A DNA stretch of 64,000 nucleotides from an uncultured Verrucomicrobiae bacterium (GCA_963730385.1 CAVSRQ010000011.1:54909-118908), one strand, 5' to 3'. Positions 20,280 through 31,938 are shown, numbered from the stretch's first letter. Numbers and translations are program-made. The notes: generated by a model not told the origin, from the sequence alone.

Positions 20280-20639
20280 CTATTTCTCCGACCAGATCGC
20301 AAACTCGCCGCTGCCAGGCGCTTGGAAATGAAAACGGCGACCGCCGGGAAATTGGAAAATATCACGCGAGATTTTCGCGCCCAGGCGCACCACTTCCGCC
20401 CGGCTCATCTCCAGCTCTTCGGAATAAAAAACCACCAGCGGACAAGCGGCGGTCGACATCCACGTATCCTCCGCTCGGAAAAAGCCGCCGGCGGTGCGCC
20501 CGTCATCGAAGGAAATGTAATCCGGGCCGTAATCCTGAAAGGTCCAGCCGAAGAGCGCGCTAAAAAATGTCTTCGTCGCCGCCAGATCGCGCGATGGCAT
20601 TTCGACGTAATCGATCGTGTTCGAGAGAGATTCGTGCAT
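20280..20639 (-). CDS. VOC (glyoxalase/bleomycin-resistance) family protein
   Basis: 119 aa (IDYVEMPSRDLAATKTFFSALFGWTFQDYGPDY...GGRRFHFQAPGSGEFAIWSE). Confidence 0.8.
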   Translation of the reverse strand: MHESLSNTIDYVEMPSRDLAATKTFFSALFGWTFQDYGPDYISFDDGRTAGGFFRAEDTWMSTAACPLVVFYSEELEMSRAEVVRLGAKISRDIFQFPGGRRFHFQAPGSGEFAIWSEK

Positions 20640-20651
20640 TGGCCTTCCTTC

Positions 20652-21962
20652 TTAGAATTGTCGCTCGAGCGCGTCGAGATAAACCGAGATCGGATCCCGT
20701 CGGCGCACTTCCCCTTTCTGCGCGTTCTGCGCCGCGCGGAGGTATTCGCGAAAAGCGCCGCTGGTGGTGCGAGCCTGCGTGGCCTCATGCCAGTTTAGAT
20801 AATCCGCGATTCCCTCCATCCGTCGCGCCAGGCCTTCACGCGCTGCTCGTAACTCCGCCAGCTGGCGGGGCAATCCCCTGGTTTTCTTGCGCTGCAAATG
20901 CGAAGCCACCCGTTGGTATCCCAGCAGAATCGGCTGCTGCAACGGATGGACGCGGCCGGAGAGGAGCGTCAACTCCGTTACGATTCGCCCCAGTTCCGCA
21001 GGCGCCGCGCGGTCGCGCAGGAAATCCTTGAACTCGCTTAGCGCGAAGGCGACCGCCTTATCCTCTCGCGAAATCCTGACCGGAAGAATCTCGACCAGCG
21101 CGCGTTCGCCTTCGGTCAAACTCAGGATCCGATCGCGCCCGCTCTCGGCCACGCGCACCACAGCCGCGCGCCAGAGTTCTGTCGTCTCCGCACCGTCCCC
21201 AGCCAACTCGGGAAAATGACGGCAAAGCTCGGCTAACGAGTCATTCCCACTCTCCGGCAAGTCGGTCAGATACTTTCCCAGCCTCCCCTTCCCGTCCGGC
21301 CTTTGCTGCAGCAGCGCGAGGAGCGCAGCGGAGTAACCGCGGTAAAGCGTGCGCGAAGGCGAATCGAGCCGCGCGCGCTCTTGCGTTAAAAATTCTGCCA
21401 ACGGCAGCAACCTGCCCGCCAGCGCCGTTTGCAAAGCCCGCGTTTCAGCGCCGATCTCGCGCCCCGGAGCAAGGGCGAGCGTGCCCTCGATCAACCAGTC
21501 CGGCGGCTGCACGTACGCCGCTCCGGCCGGCAAGGCCGGCCGGCTGCGATACATCATTTCGACATAGACTGCCTGGAGCAGCGCGCGCTCGATTTCCGGG
21601 ACATGGAGCTCGGCCTCGATGCGGAGATCGAGTTGAAATTTCAAGCCCACCCCCGTTTGCGCGAGGTGCAAACTGGCAGGCGCACTTCCAGCCGGCACAG
21701 CGGCCGGGGACAAAGCATGCACCACGATGGGCGTGGTCCACCCGTCCCGTATCCCCAGCAGTTGCAAAGCGTCCTGCTTCCGCCGTTCTGCCACCTCGCA
21801 AAGCGCCCCGCGCAGCTGCGAGTCCGCTGCGTAAACAATAAACTGGCGCGAGCTGCTCACACTCCGTGGCGCAGACAAACCCGCGCACGTCTCGTTCGTT
21901 CCAGTCGTAAAGAGAACGATGAAAACAAGGGCACAGCTGATCTGTCGTGAGCGGCCCCCCAT
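20652..21962 (-). CDS. hypothetical secreted protein
   Basis: 436-aa ORF with an N-terminal hydrophobic signal-like segment and consistent codon usage. I recognise no motif. Confidence 0.5.
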   Translation of the reverse strand: MGGRSRQISCALVFIVLFTTGTNETCAGLSAPRSVSSSRQFIVYAADSQLRGALCEVAERRKQDALQLLGIRDGWTTPIVVHALSPAAVPAGSAPASLHLAQTGVGLKFQLDLRIEAELHVPEIERALLQAVYVEMMYRSRPALPAGAAYVQPPDWLIEGTLALAPGREIGAETRALQTALAGRLLPLAEFLTQERARLDSPSRTLYRGYSAALLALLQQRPDGKGRLGKYLTDLPESGNDSLAELCRHFPELAGDGAETTELWRAAVVRVAESGRDRILSLTEGERALVEILPVRISREDKAVAFALSEFKDFLRDRAAPAELGRIVTELTLLSGRVHPLQQPILLGYQRVASHLQRKKTRGLPRQLAELRAAREGLARRMEGIADYLNWHEATQARTTSGAFREYLRAAQNAQKGEVRRRDPISVYLDALERQF

Positions 21963-22026
21963 TCGCGGGAGTCTGGCGCAGGCGGCGCGCCGCCGTCAAT
22001 CCGGAGGCGCTGCGGGTTGCCAGCGC

Positions 22027-22779
22027 TTACGGACGGGCTGGCCGCGGCAGGAAGAGGACTTCCTTCGGGTGCAACTCGATCCCGCCCAGTTTCGCAATCG
22101 AGCTCAAGTCGCGCTTCATCACTTTCGTGACATCAGCAAAAGCAAAACCCGCATGGGACATGAGTGCCGGATGGAGCGGCATCCGCCCGATCCCACCGCC
22201 CAGGATTTTGGCGTCGATTTTTCCTTCGCCAAAAACCGGAGCCACTCTGACGCGCGTAAAAGTGGAGAGCCCATAGAGCGATCGCTCCACCGTGAAACGA
22301 ACCGATCCCTCTTCCAGCTCCGCGAAGCCTCGCTCGAATTGCAGATACCCGCTCAGCGTCTTCCGTTTTCCTTTCAGCGTATAGGTGAGGTAGCTGTTCA
22401 GCTCTTCCTCGGTGTAACGCAGCGGTGCACCGCCCGAGGCCAGGGTGGCGTTCTCCAGTTCGATATCAATCTGGCGTGCGCTGGGTTCGAGCCCGTTGTC
22501 CTTCACTTCCGGCAGGTCCGGCGCCCGCATCATCTGCACGATCACCGCCGCGAGCAGCGCGCCGCCGAGCAACTTCGCACCCAGGAGAGCGCGATGCCGC
22601 CAGCGTGCACCGCGCGGGTCCAGCAAGGCGCGCAAGCGGCGCTGTTCCTCATTCCCACTTTGGGGCTTCTTCGGCTGCGAGGCTGCCAGTTTGGAGCGAT
22701 CCAGGCGCGCTCCGCACTCGTGACAATAAATGCGCTCGGCTTCATTCTCCCGCCGGCATTCGGGGCAGATCAGCTTCAT
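22027..22779 (-). CDS. zinc-ribbon domain membrane protein (hypothetical)
   Basis: MKLICPECRRENEAERIYCHECGARL zinc ribbon followed by one TM helix. The start overlaps the upstream gene's stop by 4 nt. Confidence 0.55.
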   Translation of the reverse strand: MKLICPECRRENEAERIYCHECGARLDRSKLAASQPKKPQSGNEEQRRLRALLDPRGARWRHRALLGAKLLGGALLAAVIVQMMRAPDLPEVKDNGLEPSARQIDIELENATLASGGAPLRYTEEELNSYLTYTLKGKRKTLSGYLQFERGFAELEEGSVRFTVERSLYGLSTFTRVRVAPVFGEGKIDAKILGGGIGRMPLHPALMSHAGFAFADVTKVMKRDLSSIAKLGGIELHPKEVLFLPRPARP

Positions 22780-23126
22780 GATTTCGCCGGGGGCGTGGTC
22801 GATTTCTTTTCCGCAGGTTTCGCGGGCGCGGAGGACGATTTACCCTCCGACGAGCTTCCACTTCCGCTGGCGGGCGCACTGGAAGCAGGAGCCTCTTTCT
22901 TGGCTCCCTCCTTGTAGTTATTGCTCCGGTAATCGGTGATGTAAAAACCCGAGCCCTTGAAGATGAGTCCCGCACCTGTCCCCAGCAGCCGCTTCACCTT
23001 GCCGTGGCCCCAGCGTTTTTGCTGGCAATGTTCCTTCGGGCACTCTTGAAACGCTTCGTCCCGCATCGACTGGAAGACATCGAAGTTTTTCCGACACTTT
23101 TCGCAGGCGTATTCGTAGGTGGGCAT
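22776..23126 (-). CDS. FmdB family zinc-ribbon protein
   Basis: MPTYEYACEKCRKNFDVFQSMRDE...CPKEHC (CxxC...CxxxxC), followed by GSGFYITDYRS and a Ser/Ala/Lys-rich tail. Confidence 0.75.
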   Translation of the reverse strand: MPTYEYACEKCRKNFDVFQSMRDEAFQECPKEHCQQKRWGHGKVKRLLGTGAGLIFKGSGFYITDYRSNNYKEGAKKEAPASSAPASGSGSSSEGKSSSAPAKPAEKKSTTPPAKS

Positions 23127-23282
23127 AAACGGGGAGAGCCGAGGCGGAAACGGTCGGCCACTCTGGCCCATGCCCGACGGAATTCAAGACCCGACCCCCA
23201 CGGGAAAACGGGGGTCTGGACGGGGGCCGATTCTTGACTTGAGGCTCGTGGCGCGTAAAGAGACCACTCCGTTTTTTACGCT

Positions 23283-23894
23283 ATGACTCGCTTCCAGCTT
23301 CGCCATCTCCAATCTCTTTGCGGTATCCTCGCTCTCTTCGCCTTGGCGGCTTGCGATGAGGATCCCGGCATGGGTTCCACCCAGTATCTCGGCGGCGTCT
23401 ACGGACAAGGCGCGATCGCGCAATCCGCGCCGCAGGACACGATCTCTTATTGGGATGGCGACGGGGTGCCCGGGAAGCCCTCCATCACGATCAAGCTCTC
23501 CGAGCAACGCGCTTATTTCTACAAAGGCGGAACGCTGGTGGGCGTTTCACAGCTCTCCACTGGACGGGAAGGTCTGGGGACTCCGACAGGGAAATTCAAG
23601 GTCACGCAGAAGGATGAAGATCACGTCTCGAATCTCTACGGCGATTACGTGGACGATGCCGGCAACGTGGTCGTCCCAAACATCGGCGTGAACAAAGATC
23701 CGAAGCCGCCGGGGACGAAATTTAAGGGTGCACCGATGCCGTACTTCATGCGCATCGTCGGCGGAGTGGGCATGCACGCCGGTTATCTCCCGGGCTACCC
23801 GGCTTCGCACGGTTGCATCCGGATGCCGGAGTTCATGGCGGAGAATTTCTTCCGAGCGGCTGAGAACGGAACTCCGGTAACCGTGACCAACTAA
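23283..23894 (+). CDS. L,D-transpeptidase (YkuD domain) lipoprotein
   Basis: LFALAAC lipobox and the catalytic HGCIRM motif (GYPASHGCIRMPEFMAENFF). Confidence 0.85.
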   Translation: MTRFQLRHLQSLCGILALFALAACDEDPGMGSTQYLGGVYGQGAIAQSAPQDTISYWDGDGVPGKPSITIKLSEQRAYFYKGGTLVGVSQLSTGREGLGTPTGKFKVTQKDEDHVSNLYGDYVDDAGNVVVPNIGVNKDPKPPGTKFKGAPMPYFMRIVGGVGMHAGYLPGYPASHGCIRMPEFMAENFFRAAENGTPVTVTN

Positions 23895-24034
23895 GCGGTT
23901 CGCTGGTGAACTATGAGCCGCGTCGGGTGCGGCTCCGGGTTTCGATGCCAGGCAGTGCAAATGGGATCGTTCCGGGCTGAGGGCTTGCACTTCATTTTTT
24001 CCCATAGCATCCTCGTGCGCTCGCGAGAGAAGAC

Positions 24035-25051
24035 ATGATCATCATTACCCGCCCTACTGCCACGGAAGAGGAGATCGATCAGATCGTGGCGCGAGTCGAG
24101 GCATGTGGACTCGCGGCGGAGATCAGTCGGGATGACTCGCGCGTTTTCGTAGGGGTCTCCGGACCGGCCGATCTCGTGCAGGAGAAGCCATTCGCAAACA
24201 TGCCTGGCGTGGAAGCGATCGTGCCCAGCAAGCAGCCCTATAAGCTGGCGGCCTACGAGGCGCGCGGCGCGGCTTCCACGGTGGACATTTGCGGCGTCAG
24301 CATCGGCTGCGAATCGGCCATCGCCTTGATTTGCGGCCCCTGTTCGGTGGAAAGCCGCGAGCAAATTCTGCGCATCTCCCACCTCGTGAAAGATGCCGGC
24401 GCCAGCCTGCTCCGCGGCGGCGCCTTTAAACCGCGCACCTCCCCGTACAGCTTCCAGGGTTTACGCGAGGAGGGCCTGCGCTTTCTGGCCGAAGCACGGA
24501 ACGAGACCGGCCTGCCCGTCATCACCGAGATCATGGATCCGCGCGATCTCGCGGTCATCGAGCGCTATGCCGATTGCCTGCAGATCGGCGCGCGCAACAT
24601 GCACAACTTTTCTCTTTTAAAGGAAGTGGGTCGGAGCCATTTGCCCGTGCTTTTGAAACGCGGATTCAGCGCCACTGTGAGCGAGCTCTTAATGAGCGCT
24701 GAGTATATTTTGAGCGAGGGCAACATGAACGTCCTCCTCTGCGAACGCGGCATTCGCACTTTCGAAAACGGCACCCGCTACACGCTCGATCTCAGCGCAG
24801 TGCCGATCTTGAAAGCTCGCACGCATCTTCCGGTGGTGGTCGATCCCACCCACGCCGTCGGCCTGCGCGCTTACATCCCGCAAATGGCTCTCGCCGCGGT
24901 CGCTGCTGGAGCCGATGCGATTATGCTCGAGGTTCACAATTCGCCAGAGGAAGCGAAGAGCGACGGCGAGCAGGCGCTCATGCCCGAGATGCTGAGCAAA
25001 TTGGTCCCGCGCTTGCGAGCCGTGGCCAACGCCATCGGTCGGGATTTGTAA
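24035..25051 (+). CDS. aroF: 3-deoxy-7-phosphoheptulonate (DAHP) synthase, type I-beta with N-terminal regulatory domain
   Basis: LIAGPCSVESREQ, LRGGAFKPRTSPYSFQG, IGARNMHNF, LLKRG and VVDPTHA motifs. Confidence 0.9.
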   Translation: MIIITRPTATEEEIDQIVARVEACGLAAEISRDDSRVFVGVSGPADLVQEKPFANMPGVEAIVPSKQPYKLAAYEARGAASTVDICGVSIGCESAIALICGPCSVESREQILRISHLVKDAGASLLRGGAFKPRTSPYSFQGLREEGLRFLAEARNETGLPVITEIMDPRDLAVIERYADCLQIGARNMHNFSLLKEVGRSHLPVLLKRGFSATVSELLMSAEYILSEGNMNVLLCERGIRTFENGTRYTLDLSAVPILKARTHLPVVVDPTHAVGLRAYIPQMALAAVAAGADAIMLEVHNSPEEAKSDGEQALMPEMLSKLVPRLRAVANAIGRDL

Positions 25052-25114
25052 CCCCGCGCCGCGCGTCGCTGCGCCGCGACTTGCACCGATGCGGCATTAA
25101 TGCGCTGCTAGCCG

Positions 25115-26068
25115 ATGCGTCCTCCATCGCGCCTGGCGATCCTCCTTGCCTTCGCGTCCGTCTACACCATTTGGGGATCGACTTATCTCGCGATTCTTTT
25201 TGCGATCCAGACGCTTCCCCCGCTCCTCATGGCTGGGACGCGTTTTCTCTGCGCGGGAATAATCCTCTATCTCGCTGCCCGCTTAAGCGGCGCGGGACGC
25301 TCGCGCTTATTGGAATGGCGGACGGCCCTCATCGTCGGCGCTTGTCTTCTGGTCGGAGGCAACGGCGGGGTGACGCTCGCGGAACAATACGTCCCCTCCG
25401 GCCTGGCTGCGTTGCTGGTCGCCACTGTCCCGCTTTACGTCGTCCTCCTAAGCTGGCTCACCGGCATGACTGGGCGTCCGCGTCCGATGACCATGCTCGG
25501 CCTTGCGGGTGGATTCATCGGCGTGGGCGTGCTGATCGCGCCCGCCTTGCGCTCGACAGACGAGAGCGCTCATCCTCAAGCCTGGATCGGCATGTCGATC
25601 CTCCTCTTCTCCTCGTTCATCTGGTCGGCCGGCTCGCTTTACTCACGCCGCGCGCCCGGAGCCGCCTCGCCCTTTCTCGCAGCCGGCCAGCAGATGCTCT
25701 GCGGCGGAGCGCTCCTCGTTCTGGCCGGGATGGCTCGGGGCGAACTGCCACGGGTGCAATTTTCTCAAATCTCCAGCGTCTCGGTGTGGGCGCTGGTTTA
25801 CCTCATCTTCATCGGCGGGATCATTGGCTACGCCTCCTACGCGTGGCTCCTGCGCTATTGCGATCCCGCCAAAGTCGCGACTTATGCTTACGTGAATCCG
25901 GTGGTCGCGGTCCTGCTTGGGGCCGCGTTTGCGGGTGAAAAACTTTCGCTCCTCACCGGCATCGCGGCTGCGATCATCGTCGGTTCCGTGGCGCTCGTCA
26001 TCACAGCCGGAAGGCGCAAAACGGAACCAACGCCAGAGGTGGCGTGCCCTGTCGCGGCGGCGGATTAG
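25115..26068 (+). CDS. EamA/DMT family transporter
   Basis: Ten predicted TM helices in a two-EamA-repeat architecture (IWGSTYLAI...). Confidence 0.8.
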   Translation: MRPPSRLAILLAFASVYTIWGSTYLAILFAIQTLPPLLMAGTRFLCAGIILYLAARLSGAGRSRLLEWRTALIVGACLLVGGNGGVTLAEQYVPSGLAALLVATVPLYVVLLSWLTGMTGRPRPMTMLGLAGGFIGVGVLIAPALRSTDESAHPQAWIGMSILLFSSFIWSAGSLYSRRAPGAASPFLAAGQQMLCGGALLVLAGMARGELPRVQFSQISSVSVWALVYLIFIGGIIGYASYAWLLRYCDPAKVATYAYVNPVVAVLLGAAFAGEKLSLLTGIAAAIIVGSVALVITAGRRKTEPTPEVACPVAAAD

Positions 26069-26071
26069 GTC

Positions 26072-28657
26072 CTACTCCGCCCGCAAAGCCACCATCGGGC
26101 TGATGCGCGTCGCGCGCCGCGCCGGCAGCCAGGTCGCCAGCATCGCGGCGAGCGCGAGCAGGAGCGGCGCGAGCGTGAAAGCCAGCGGGTCAAACGCGCC
26201 GACTTCGTACAGAATCCCGCTCAAGAGTTTGCCCGTCCCGGCGGCGAGCAGGAGCCCGAGCGCCAATCCACTCCCGAGAATGACGAAGCCTTCGCGCAGG
26301 ATCATCCATTGCACCGTCGCCCGCTGCGCGCCCAGCGCCATCCGGATGCCGATCTCGCGCGTCCGTCGCGCCACGGAGTAAGCTTTCACTCCGTAGACGC
26401 CCACCACCGCGAGGACGAGCGCGACCATCCCGAAGACGCTAAAGAGCGCCGCCCCGGCGCGCACGATCCAGAGCTCGAAGTTGCCATCGAGATGTTGCGC
26501 GAAAGTGCGCAGGGTCAAAATCGGAAGCATCGGATCCGCGCCGCGCACCGTCCGCCGCAACAGGTCGGCTGCAGCGACCGCGTCGCGCCCCGCACCGGAA
26601 GCGAACCGGACATGGAAGAAAACATTACTCTGGAAGCCGCCGGCAAAGGGAAGATAGACCGCGCCGCGCGGGTCTTTCTCAAACAGAGTGCCGCGGGTGT
26701 GCGGCACAATGCCAACCACCTCGAACGGCGCATTCTCGGCGCCCGCACCGCGACCGCTCACGCCCGATCCGCCGTCATCGGAATCTTTTGCGCGCGGCGT
26801 ATCGGACGAGGCGAATTGGATCTGCTGCCCAAGGGCGTCGCCTTCCGGCCAGAGCTTCCTGGCCAGCACGTCATCGATGATGGCGACGCGCGCTTTTTCC
26901 TCGTGCATGGCCTCGGCGTTATTAAAGACGCGCCCTCGGAGCGGCCGGATCCCCACGGTGGAGAAATATTCCGCGCCCACGCTGTTCCAGACCGAGGAAA
27001 AAGCCAGACCTTCCGCAGCCGTTGCCGGCCGGGCATCGGACGCAGAAGTTGCTCCCGCGCGCTGCACCTCCTTACCCAGGTGGACCATGCCGAAGGGGAC
27101 GGTGGCGGAGATGCTGGCGCGCTCTACGCCCGGCAAGGCCGCCAGCCGTTCTTCCAGTGTGCGATACAATTCTCTGGCGCGTGTCTGATCGTAACCCGCC
27201 AGGCTGGCGTCCACTTCGAGCAGAAAATTTTGCCCGGTGGAAAGGCCCGTCTCGACCGACGCCGCCTTGTTCGCGCTCCGAACAAAGAGCGCTGCCGCGG
27301 TGAGGAGTGCGAGCGAGAACGCGATCTGGATTACAACCAGGGGACTGCGCGGCAGGAATTTCCAGCGGCGATGAGCTGCATCCTCGCCTGCGTGTTCCTT
27401 TAAATCTCCGATTACGGCCGCGCGCGATAATTTCAAGGCTGGCCCCAAAGCGAAAGCGAGCGTCCCGAGCAGGCAGAAGACGAGGGTGGCAAGAAGGACA
27501 GAACCGTTCAGACCGCCGCGCCAAACCAGATCAATCGGCAGCTTGGTTCCAAGCGAGGCAATGAGGAGATCCGACGACCAAAGACCGAGGATGAGACCGA
27601 AGGCGCTGCCGCCCAGCGCGAGGACAAAGCCTTCCGCCAGTAACTGGCGCACGATCCGCCCGCGGCTGGCGCCGAGCGCGAGCCGGATGGCGATCTCTTT
27701 CCGGCGCGCGGTCCCGCGAGCGAGCAGCATGTTGGCGAGGTTCAGGCAGGCCACGAGCAGCACCACTCCCGCCATGCCGAGGAGCAGCGGCGCGAGCGTC
27801 TTCAATTCGTCGTCATTGGTCGGTTGGCTGCTGGTGGAAAAGCGCGAGAGCGGATGCGCGATGAAGGTCTGGTCCTTCTGCTCGACCGGGTAGGCTTGCT
27901 CGAGATTGGCCGCGAGAGTTTTGAGCGCAGGCGCCGCCGCGGCGTTGGTCAGGCCCGGGCGTAATCGCCCGATGATCATGAGCGACTGCCCGGCGCGGTC
28001 GTCGAGCGGCTTGCGGCTCTCGGTTGAGAAATCGTTCACCATCCGGTCATGCACGCCGAGCGGGAGCCAGACTTCGGGGGCGAAGAGTTGCATCGTGCCG
28101 GTGAACCCTTTCGGAAGAATGCCCACGATCGTGAAGGGCTGACCGTTGATCAGCAGACTCGAGCCGAGCAGCGCGGGATTGAACGCCTGTTTTTTCCAGT
28201 AGCTGTAGCTGACCACCGCGACGGCGATGTTGCTTCCGGGCTTCTCTTCCGCGGGCAGAAAACCGCGACCCTGGATCGGGCTGACCCCGAGCACATTGAA
28301 GTAGCTCGCGCTGACCAGATCGGCAAAAGTGCGGCGCGCATTTGCCTGTTCGCCCAGGCCGACCATCGCGACCTGATGCGCGAAGACATCGGAGAAGACG
28401 GTGTTCTGCGCGCGGACGTCGAGGAAAGTGGGATAGGAGAAACCGCGGAAGGTTTTCGGCGCTTTCTTATCCTGCGAAAAGAGCTGCACGATCTCGGCCG
28501 GCCGCGTGAGCGCAGGCGGCTGAAAGAGCATCGTATCGATGAGACTGAAGATGGCGGTGTTCGCGCCGATGCCGAAGGCGAGGACGGTGACTGCGGCAAT
28601 GGTGAAACCGGGAGCCTTGCGGAGCTGGCGGAGAGCGAAGCGAAAATCGTGGAGCAT
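26072..28657 (-). CDS. ADOP-family duplicated ABC-transporter permease (MacB/FtsX-like)
   Basis: MLHDFRFALRQLRKAPGFTIAAVTVLAFGIGANTAIFSL N-terminus typical of TIGR03434. Two FtsX domains are each preceded by a large periplasmic domain. Confidence 0.85.
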   Translation of the reverse strand: MLHDFRFALRQLRKAPGFTIAAVTVLAFGIGANTAIFSLIDTMLFQPPALTRPAEIVQLFSQDKKAPKTFRGFSYPTFLDVRAQNTVFSDVFAHQVAMVGLGEQANARRTFADLVSASYFNVLGVSPIQGRGFLPAEEKPGSNIAVAVVSYSYWKKQAFNPALLGSSLLINGQPFTIVGILPKGFTGTMQLFAPEVWLPLGVHDRMVNDFSTESRKPLDDRAGQSLMIIGRLRPGLTNAAAAPALKTLAANLEQAYPVEQKDQTFIAHPLSRFSTSSQPTNDDELKTLAPLLLGMAGVVLLVACLNLANMLLARGTARRKEIAIRLALGASRGRIVRQLLAEGFVLALGGSAFGLILGLWSSDLLIASLGTKLPIDLVWRGGLNGSVLLATLVFCLLGTLAFALGPALKLSRAAVIGDLKEHAGEDAAHRRWKFLPRSPLVVIQIAFSLALLTAAALFVRSANKAASVETGLSTGQNFLLEVDASLAGYDQTRARELYRTLEERLAALPGVERASISATVPFGMVHLGKEVQRAGATSASDARPATAAEGLAFSSVWNSVGAEYFSTVGIRPLRGRVFNNAEAMHEEKARVAIIDDVLARKLWPEGDALGQQIQFASSDTPRAKDSDDGGSGVSGRGAGAENAPFEVVGIVPHTRGTLFEKDPRGAVYLPFAGGFQSNVFFHVRFASGAGRDAVAAADLLRRTVRGADPMLPILTLRTFAQHLDGNFELWIVRAGAALFSVFGMVALVLAVVGVYGVKAYSVARRTREIGIRMALGAQRATVQWMILREGFVILGSGLALGLLLAAGTGKLLSGILYEVGAFDPLAFTLAPLLLALAAMLATWLPARRATRISPMVALRAE

Positions 28658-28754
28658 GGGTGCTGATGTGATGCCGCCAGCACGCGGGTTGGATTCAAAA
28701 AAGAATTATCGGGGCGCCTGCCGCCCGTTTCGCGCGGGCGGCAGGCTCTCTCCG

Positions 28755-31700
28755 TTACTCCGTCGCCGCGCTCTCGGAGGCGCCGCTGAGGTAGCGGGCA
28801 AACAGCGCCCGCGCGCCCGTCGCTTCCGGCGTGTAGGCGATCGGCGGGAGGCTCTTCGCTTTGAGTTGCTCGTTCACTTGCGGGAGATCGCGAGTTTTCA
28901 GTTGTTCGAATTCCTTCGTCACGTCGTCCAGCTCCTGTTGCAGCGCTGCGATGTTGGCGATCTGATAATCGGCCGGCTTGCCTTCGTAGCTCAAAATGGC
29001 GCCATAAAGCTGGTCGGTATGCTCGCGCAAACGCTCTTCGCCCGTGATGGCGCCGCCTTCGGTCGTGGCCACGATTTGCTTGCGCACCGCGTCCACTTTG
29101 CCGTCGAATTCCAGCAACGTTTTGCGCAGCGCATCACCTTCCGGCAGCTCCTTCGCCGCTTTTGCGATCGCGCCTCGGAGCGGGAGAATTTGATCCATCA
29201 GCGCGCTCTCCGCGCCGAAGAGCGCGTGCACTCGCATGGCGGCATCGTATTGCGCCTTCCGATCGGCGAGGGAGAATTTCACCCGACGATCCAGGCCGAC
29301 GGTCAGCTTGGTCTCGGTCACCTTGCCGTCCTTCGTCATCCGCACGGTGTAATCGCCCGGGACGACGCGCGGGCCGCGCGTGCCGGAGAAAGCGAGCTGC
29401 GCCGCAGGCGGAACGCGCGGCGGCTTTTCGCGCATGCTCCACATCACGCGATTGATCCCGGGACGCTTGCTGGCCGGAAGCTCATCGATCACTCGACCGC
29501 TCGCATCCAGCACCTCGATCTTCAGTTTGCCGAAGAGATGCCGCGTCCGTTGGTAGTAGGTAATGACGGCTGCGTCGGGCGGGTTTTCTCCGATAAATGT
29601 GGCTGCACCTGTCGAGGAACCACCGTTGGCATCGATGCGTTGCTGGACCGGCTTCGCGGCCACAAACGCGACTTCCTCCCTGAGCACTTCCGGCGTGAGC
29701 GCACGCAGCGGCGTCACATCATCCACCACCCAAATGCCGCGCCCGTGCGTGGCGAGAATGAGCTCGTGATCGCGCGGGTGGATGACGATGTCGCGGACGG
29801 AGACGGCGGGGAACCGGTTGCCTTTGAATTGCGCCCAGCCTTTCCCGCCATCGATCGAGATGTAGAGACCGAACTCTGTCCCGAGATAAAGGAGGTTCGG
29901 CTTCACCGGATCTTCTTTGATGACGTGGGCGTAGCCTTGCACGCCTGAGAGTTCCTGCGGCGTCACCAGCGGCGTCCAGGTTTGCCCGAGATCGGTGGTC
30001 TTGTAGAGATAAGCGGTCATGTCGCCAAAGGTGTGGCGATCAAACGTGGCGTAAGCGGTGTTCGGATCGAAGTGGCTCGCCTGCACCCAGCTCACCCAGG
30101 AGTTCTTCGGCAGACCGGCAATATTGCCGACGACGTTGGTCCAGTTTTTTCCGCCATCTTTTGTGACCTGCACATTGCCATCGTCTGTTCCAACCCAGAT
30201 GACGTTCTTGTTCTTGGGCGATTCGCTGATCGAATAAATCGTGGTGTGCATCTCGGCCGCGGAGTTATCCACCGTCACGCCGCCGGATTTTTCCTGCTGC
30301 TGCTTGGCCGGATCGTTCGTGGTCAGATCGGGCGAGATGCGATCCCAGCTTTGGCCCTGATTCCGCGAGCGGAAAAGGAACTGCGCGCCGAGATAGATGG
30401 TGCCCTTCTCGTTCGGCGAAAGCGCGATGGGCGCGTTCCAATTCCAACGCAGCTTCTCTTTGTAATTTGGCTTCGGCTGGATGTCGCGCGCTTCATGGGT
30501 CTTGCGATTGACCCGGCCGAGGTAGCCGCCTTGCGATTCCGCGTAGAGGTAATCGGGATCGGCCGGATCGGCGAACATCCAGAAGCCATCGCCACCGTAT
30601 AAGCTCTCCCACTGCGCGTTCCCGATCCCGCCGGGATATTGGGATTGGCCCACCCAGGAACCGTTATCCTGCAGGCCGCCATAGACGCGATACGGATCCG
30701 CATCATCCGCGCTCACGTGGTAGAACTGCGAGATGGGGAGGTTCTCGCCCTTCCACCATTTGGTGCCGCCATTTTGCGAATACCACATCCCGCCGTCGTC
30801 GCCCGAGATGACGGTCTCGGGGTTGGTCGGGTCAATCCAGACCGCGTGGACGTCGCCATGCGCGCCTTGGAATCCGCCCACGGCTGAGAAACTTTTGCCC
30901 GGCGTCATCGCTGACGATGAGCGCACCGTCCGTCTTGAAAAGGCGATCGGGGTTTTTCGGATCAACGATCAAGTTCGCAAAATAGAATGGCCGCCAGACC
31001 ATCCAATTGCTCTTGTCCCGCTTCTCCCAGGAAGCGCCGCCATCATCGGAGACGAAAAGGGCGCTATCGGTGGACTCCACGAAACAGTAGACGCGTTTCG
31101 GATTCGAAGGTGCGATGGCGATGGCCAGCCGACCGTAGGGTTTTGTGGGAAAGCCTTTGGCGTTTTCTGGTGTCACTTCGCTCCAGGTGGCGCCACCATC
31201 CGCAGACCGAAAGAGGCCGCTGGCGGAAGGAGCATCCGGGCCCTCGCCGCCGGAACGGAAGGTCCAGCCCTTCCGCCGAAAGTCCCACATCCCGGCGAAG
31301 ATCACGTTCGGGTCCGTTGGATCCATCGCGATGGTCGAGCAACCGGTCGAAAGATTCGGCGCCTTGAGAATCTGGTTCCAGGTCCGGCCGCCATCGATCG
31401 TCTTGTAAAGTCCGCGATCCGGCGAATCGCTCCAGAGCGCTCCCGGCACCGCAACATAAGCGGTCTCGCCGCTCGCCGGGCTCACGATGATTTGCGAGAT
31501 GCGCTCGGAGTTTGGCAAGCCGATCCGCGTCCAGGATTCGCCACCATCGGTCGAGCGATACATGCCGTTGCCGACGGAGACGCTGTTCCGCGTCCAGGAC
31601 TCACCGGTGCCGACCCAGACGTTCTTCGAGTTTTTCGGATCGAGCGCGACCGCACCGATGGATTGCACAGGCTGCTCATCGAAGACGGGTTTGTAAGTGG

Positions 31701-31938
31701 TGCCGCCGTTTTCCGATTTCCAAACGCCGCCGCTGGCCGCGCCGACGAAGAGCGTGATCTTGCCGGACGGCTCGCGCTGCGCCGCGAACGACGAGACGCG
31801 TCCGCTCATCGCGGCGGAGCCGATGTTCCGGGCTCCGAGACCGGAGATGGTGGAGTAAGTGAACGGTGCCTGCTCCGCGGCCTGCGTGAGGCTGGCGAGG
31901 GCGAGGGCGGCGGGAAGGAGGAGAGAGATGCGGCGCAT
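28755..31938 (-). pseudogene. secreted BNR/Asp-box (sortilin-VPS10-like) repeat protein, one +1 insertion (probably a sequence error)
   Basis: Signal peptide followed by repeated S-x-D-x-G-x-(T/S)-W Asp boxes (STDGGESW, TIDGGRTW, SADGGATW, SDDGGASW, SQNGGTKW ...). The fragments rejoin at CCC 30899-30901 (..IVSDDAG|KSFSAVGGF..). Length minus 1 gives 1061 codons. Confidence 0.8.
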